Shown here: piece by piece, positions 59,876 to 64,000 of the stretch | How the letters are laid out: each line of letters opens with the position of its first letter | Position numbering within the stretch: the first letter of the stretch is position 1 | IMG/VR virus record: IMGVR_UViG_3300032236_002285 | Location: 1 to 64,000 of that record | Direction: 5' to 3' (one strand) | Length of the DNA: 64,000 bases | The notes under the pieces: generated by a model | The model's database searches: none | Told to the model about the DNA's origin: nothing | Seen by the model: only the letters and a program-made list of their open reading frames with translations | Translations under genes and position numbers: made by a program

Positions 59876-62038
59876 ATGAAACCAGTATTAATTATAGAAA
59901 ATTCAACAAACTCTCTTATTAGAGAGAATAATGGTTCACAAAAGAAGGATTATATTTTAGGTGGTACATTCACAGAATTTGGTGTTAAAAACCGTAATGA
60001 AAGAATTTACACTGCTGAGAAATTTCTTCCAGCGTTACAAGAACTAAATGAAAGAATGAGCAGCTTAGGTGTTGTTTATGGTGAGTTTGATCATCCAGAT
60101 GTTTTCGATACATCTCTTTCTAGAGCATCACACATCATTACAAAAGCTAATTATGTTAAAGAGTCAAATCTTGTTAGTGGTGAAATCAGATTATTAAATA
60201 CTTATTGGGGTAGAGAAGCTAAGGCATTGGTCGATGACGGATGTCCTGTTTTTGTTTCTTCAAGAGCAGCTGGTATCACTGAATCAGATGGTACTGTTTC
60301 GTTAAAAAAATTATTCACTTATGATATCGTTGCTGATCCGGGTTTTGCTTCAGCTAAAATGTCTATCAAGACGCTTAATGAATCATTAGGATATAATGAA
60401 AACTCTAACTTTAGGATATATGAAATGTCCGATGAGTCCAAAATAAATCAACTATTTGATATGAACAAAAATGAATTTGTTACAAAGCAACAGTTAACTG
60501 AATATTCTCAGTATTTAGTTAAGGAATTAGCTTCTACTAAAAAAGAAGTTAAAGGTGCTCTTACTAAAGGTAACTTATCTCCAAAGAAAATGGAGCAACT
60601 TTTAGAGTACTATGAAGAGTTAAATTCAACAAATGCTCAAGTTGTTAAATATCTAGATTATTTGGCTGAAAAAGTACAAGTTATGGTTAATGAGAACAAG
60701 TCGTTAAAAGAAACAACTGACAAACTTATTAAGCACAATGACTATTTAGCTGAAAATTTAGAGAAAGCTGTTAACTACTCTGAATATTTAGCTGAAAACT
60801 TAGACAAAAATATTGAGTATTCTGAATACTTAGCTGAGAACTTAGATAAGAACATTTCTTACTCTGAATACATTGCTGAAAACTTAGATAAGAACATTTC
60901 TTACTCTGAATATTTAGCTGAAAACTTAGACAAAAATATCGAATACTCTGAATACTTAGCAGAAAATCTTGATAAGAATATTGCTTATTCAGAATATATC
61001 GCTGAAAACTTAGACAAAAATATTGCATACGCTGAATACATTGCTGAGCACGTTGATAATTCAATTGCTTACTCTGAATACTTAGCAGAACATGTTGAAG
61101 GTAACATTGCTTACTCTGAATACATTGCTGAACATTTAGATGATAACATTGCTTATTCAGAATATATTGCTGAAAATCTTGACAAATCAATTTCATATCA
61201 AGGTTTAATCGTTGAAAAGTTAAATTCTAAAAAATTAAACGAATCAATGAATGAAGAAGATGAGGAAGCTTTCCCATCATTACATGATGCTGGTTTTGAA
61301 GATGCTCACGAAGAAGAAGGTCATGAAGATGCTCACGAAGATGACGAAGAAGATTGTGGTCCAATGGGTCATGAAGAAGAAGGTCATGAAGAAGAAGCTC
61401 ACGAAGACGTTCACGAAAATAAAGAAGAAGATGACGAAGAAGATTGCGGTCCAATGAGTCATGAAGAAGAAGGACATGAAGATGAAGAAGAAGAAAACTG
61501 GGAAGTTAAAGGTAACAGCGATTCTGAATTATCTGAGTCAATAAATAAATTAATTGAAGAAGCTAAAAAACGTAAAGTTTCTGAAAATAGTGATTTGAAT
61601 TTCTTAAAATTCTTAAACAAATCACAAGTAGATAGTTTCTATGCTTTGTCTGATGAAGACCAAGAGGCTGTTAAATTTCACATAAGCGAAAGAAATTACT
61701 TCACATCTAAAGATGTGTTAAGCCTAATCGCAGAAGCACTATCATCTAAGAATGAATCTCTTGAAGAAAGAGTTATCAGATTAATGCCTGAAAACACTAA
61801 GGCTATCTGGAGTCAAATGAATGAATCTGCTAAAAAATCTATCTTATCACAAGCTAGACTTTACCCAGCTGAAGTTTTAATGACTGAATCACAAATTGAA
61901 CATTTCTGGTTAACTAGAAATTTCAAGAAAAACGAATCTGTAACTAAAAAGTTAGTAGCTCATGAAAGTTTAATACAAGAAGATAAACTTTCTGATAATG
62001 ACGTTACTGCGATTATGGAAAGATTCAAAAACATCTAA
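59876..62038 (+). CDS. gp21: Prohead protease fused to scaffold/core protein (gp21+gp22-like)
   Basis: KNRNERIY, GEFDHP, ASHII, VSSRAAG, YDIVADPGF, followed by coiled-coil repeats and an acidic tract; directly upstream of the MCP. Confidence 0.9.
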   Translation: MKPVLIIENSTNSLIRENNGSQKKDYILGGTFTEFGVKNRNERIYTAEKFLPALQELNERMSSLGVVYGEFDHPDVFDTSLSRASHIITKANYVKESNLVSGEIRLLNTYWGREAKALVDDGCPVFVSSRAAGITESDGTVSLKKLFTYDIVADPGFASAKMSIKTLNESLGYNENSNFRIYEMSDESKINQLFDMNKNEFVTKQQLTEYSQYLVKELASTKKEVKGALTKGNLSPKKMEQLLEYYEELNSTNAQVVKYLDYLAEKVQVMVNENKSLKETTDKLIKHNDYLAENLEKAVNYSEYLAENLDKNIEYSEYLAENLDKNISYSEYIAENLDKNISYSEYLAENLDKNIEYSEYLAENLDKNIAYSEYIAENLDKNIAYAEYIAEHVDNSIAYSEYLAEHVEGNIAYSEYIAEHLDDNIAYSEYIAENLDKSISYQGLIVEKLNSKKLNESMNEEDEEAFPSLHDAGFEDAHEEEGHEDAHEDDEEDCGPMGHEEEGHEEEAHEDVHENKEEDDEEDCGPMSHEEEGHEDEEEENWEVKGNSDSELSESINKLIEEAKKRKVSENSDLNFLKFLNKSQVDSFYALSDEDQEAVKFHISERNYFTSKDVLSLIAEALSSKNESLEERVIRLMPENTKAIWSQMNESAKKSILSQARLYPAEVLMTESQIEHFWLTRNFKKNESVTKKLVAHESLIQEDKLSDNDVTAIMERFKNI
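60733..61200 (+). repeat. Coding tandem repeat, 42 nt / 14 aa (YSEY[LI]AENLDKNI[AES]), 10 full copies plus degenerate flanks
   Basis: Read directly in the translation of 59876..62038. Confidence 0.95.
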
Positions 62039-62114
62039 TCTATAAAAAATCCACACTTACGAAAATCAAGTAAATAAAGGGTTATATATAGATCATAAAA
62101 AAAAATAAAAAATT

Positions 62115-63809
62115 ATGTCACACATTAGAATAGACAAAACAAAAGCAGTTAAGAAATGGGCTCCTGTATTGGAGAACATGGGCGTTGCTGCTGATAGAGT
62201 TGAATGGATGTCAGAAATGGCTGAGTATCACTCAATCAATGAAAACGCATATGTAAATGCTTCTAACGTAGCAGGTATGGGTAGTGTATTGAATCCAGTT
62301 GTTGGTTCATTAGCTGGTAACCCAGGTAACTACACAAATGCTTACGGTAACGTAGCAGGTTCTGGCGACGTAGGTCAAAACTTACTTCCAGTAGCTATGA
62401 AAATCGCGGGTCAAACTATCGGTTTAGACTTAGTAGCTGTTAAACCAACTCCTGGTCCAAAAATCGATTTGTTATATATCGACTTCCAATATGACGATAT
62501 TAACACATCATCAAATGAAAGACCACAAGTTTTCAAATTGACTTGTGATAACGTAGCAGCTATCGAAGCAGCTATTACTTCTGATCTTTCTGGTTATTCA
62601 ATTAATCAAAGTCAAGGTGGTTTACAAGGTGGTAGAGTATTCTACGGTATTACTGCATCTAGCGTTTATAAAACAACAACTGAACCAGGTACTAAAACAA
62701 ACATCGTTGAGTTCTTAGGTTTCTCTCGTGTTGATGGTTTACCAATGTTCAGAGCTTACAGACAAAATAACTCTACAGCAGTAGGTGCTTATAATAACAC
62801 TTTTGACGCAACTAAAAACACTTTTGACCAAACTAGTCCAATAGTTTCTCAAATTTTAAGTATCTCTGGTGTAACTCCAACAGCTAACTCTAATAAAGCA
62901 GTTCAATTAGTATCTGCTCTTGAAGATCATCTTCCTGGTTTCTCTGCAAACTGGACATCTTCTACAGGTGCTGCTTCTGGTAACTACCCAATGGGTCGTC
63001 AAGCAGATGATGACAGCTATGCTGGTGTTATCGGTCCAAAAATTTCTTCTAAAACTGTTGCAGTTGGTACTATTGAAGTATCTTCAGCTCTTAGAAGAAC
63101 TGAAATTGAAGATATCAAAGCTAATACAGGTATGGATATCGTTCAAAAAATGGAATCAATCCTTGTTAACGAACTTTCTCAAACAATCTCTAAACAAATT
63201 GTTGCTAAAGTATTCGAAATGGGTGATTTGAACAGAACAGGCGCTCCTGCTTCTTCTGCAACTGCTAACCCTAACTCACTTTCAGGTTGGACAATTTTTG
63301 ACTTGGATACTGCATACGCATCTAACCAAGTTGGTGGTGAAACAACTCACGCTGTTCAACGTAAGTTGATCACTAAGATTGCTCACGCTTCTAACTATAT
63401 CGCAACTGAAGGTCGTGTTGGTCCTGCTCAATACCTTATCACAAACGGAGGTCTTGCTGCCGCTTTACAAGATATCGCTGGTTATACAATTAACCCAGTT
63501 AAATCTAAATTAAACGGTCAAGGTCAACTTTATCCAGTTGGTTCAATCGGAGATATCTCTATCTATGTAGATCCATATCAAAGATACAACGATAATAGAA
63601 TCGTTCTTGGTAGAAAAAACAACCCAGATCAACCAGGTATCATTTTCGTACCTTACTTGATGGCTCAGTCTATCTCAGTTATCTCTGAAGCTACATTCGC
63701 TCCACGTATGTTACTTCGTTCAAGATACGCTGTAACTGAAGTTGGTTGGTACCCACACAAGCAATACATGACTATTAAAGTTAATGATGCTGCTCAATTA
63801 CTTAACTAA
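62115..63809 (+). CDS. gp23: Major capsid protein
   Basis: KKWAPVLE, QTIGLDLVAVKP, IYVDPY, GIIFVPY, TFAPRMLLRSRYA; probable processing site SINE near residue 43. Confidence 0.93.
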   Translation: MSHIRIDKTKAVKKWAPVLENMGVAADRVEWMSEMAEYHSINENAYVNASNVAGMGSVLNPVVGSLAGNPGNYTNAYGNVAGSGDVGQNLLPVAMKIAGQTIGLDLVAVKPTPGPKIDLLYIDFQYDDINTSSNERPQVFKLTCDNVAAIEAAITSDLSGYSINQSQGGLQGGRVFYGITASSVYKTTTEPGTKTNIVEFLGFSRVDGLPMFRAYRQNNSTAVGAYNNTFDATKNTFDQTSPIVSQILSISGVTPTANSNKAVQLVSALEDHLPGFSANWTSSTGAASGNYPMGRQADDDSYAGVIGPKISSKTVAVGTIEVSSALRRTEIEDIKANTGMDIVQKMESILVNELSQTISKQIVAKVFEMGDLNRTGAPASSATANPNSLSGWTIFDLDTAYASNQVGGETTHAVQRKLITKIAHASNYIATEGRVGPAQYLITNGGLAAALQDIAGYTINPVKSKLNGQGQLYPVGSIGDISIYVDPYQRYNDNRIVLGRKNNPDQPGIIFVPYLMAQSISVISEATFAPRMLLRSRYAVTEVGWYPHKQYMTIKVNDAAQLLN

Positions 63810-63829
63810 TTTGAGTTACCAAATATTGA

Positions 63830-63855
63830 AAAAAGACCCTTTATGGGTCTTTTTT
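63830..63855 (+). terminator. Intrinsic terminator after the MCP gene
   Basis: AAAAGACCC-TTTAT-GGGTCTTTT. Confidence 0.8.
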
Positions 63856-63889
63856 CTTTTTAAACAATTTTGAATTTAATATATACTTT

Positions 63890-64000
63890 ATGAAAAAATA
63901 CTTACTTATTGAGGTAAATTCTGATGATGATATCATTGTTAAGTACTTTGATGATTTAACTGATGTACATTCTTATGTTTGTCATGAGTTAATGTACGAG
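63890..64000 (+). CDS. Partial hypothetical protein running off the window
   Basis: ATG 4 nt after AATATATA (63878-63885); open to the end of the window. Confidence 0.5.
   Translation, partial: MKKYLLIEVNSDDDIIVKYFDDLTDVHSYVCHELMYE

Noticed and set aside
60733-61200. 42-nt repeats as a CRISPR array or DGR template
   Set aside because: Head-to-tail in-frame coding repeats with no spacers; no reverse transcriptase in the window
6509-63231. Many short antisense or alternate-frame ORFs in the track (e.g. 10716, 21064, 34370, 42507, 55954, 60771, 62920)
   Set aside because: Nested in well-supported genes with no independent motifs or expression signals
1-64000. Stop-codon reassignment as in some jumbo phages
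   Set aside because: Core genes are full-length in code 11, and TAG ends genes normally (e.g. 15146, 59691)
1-64000. tRNA/rRNA genes
   Set aside because: Intergenic gaps are short and AT-rich; no cloverleaf or T-loop signature seen by eye (tRNAscan-SE would confirm)

Overview
AT-rich segment of a large T4-like (myovirus, probably jumbo) phage genome using the standard genetic code. The host is probably a Bacteroidota species: there is a TTG-N20-TAnnTTTG promoter, ATG contexts lack Shine-Dalgarno motifs, and the ClpS, GSII and RNase R look Bacteroidota-like. The window holds most of the morphogenesis core, scattered on both strands: gp23 capsid, gp21/gp22 protease-scaffold fusion, gp20 portal, gp16/gp17 terminase, gp18 sheath, gp19 tube, gp15, gp25, gp26/gp51, a large baseplate wedge, gp2 and gp4. 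It also carries a gp55-like late sigma, gp44, gp47, homing endonucleases and auxiliary genes. Four signals stand out. (1) About 12 unrelated proteins, including a nucleotidyltransferase, an amidoligase and a cysteine hydrolase, share an N-terminal M-K/R-H/Y-L/I-x-K/T-F/Y...E tag. It resembles the T4 capsid-targeting sequence and suggests a large packaged and injected cargo system. (2) A fibre with more than 540 residues of Gly-X-Ser repeat lies next to a heptose kinase, cupin and GT4-Aah/TibC heptosyltransferase operon, suggesting phage-encoded O-glycosylation of the virion. (3) A recurring AATATATA late promoter is partly palindromic and often sits 4-6 nt from the ATG (possibly leaderless mRNAs), with fixed-spacing upstream boxes. 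(4) The scaffold is built from 14-aa repeats, each carrying a prohead-protease-type L/I-A-E site. All functional calls come from motif recognition by eye; no database searches were run.
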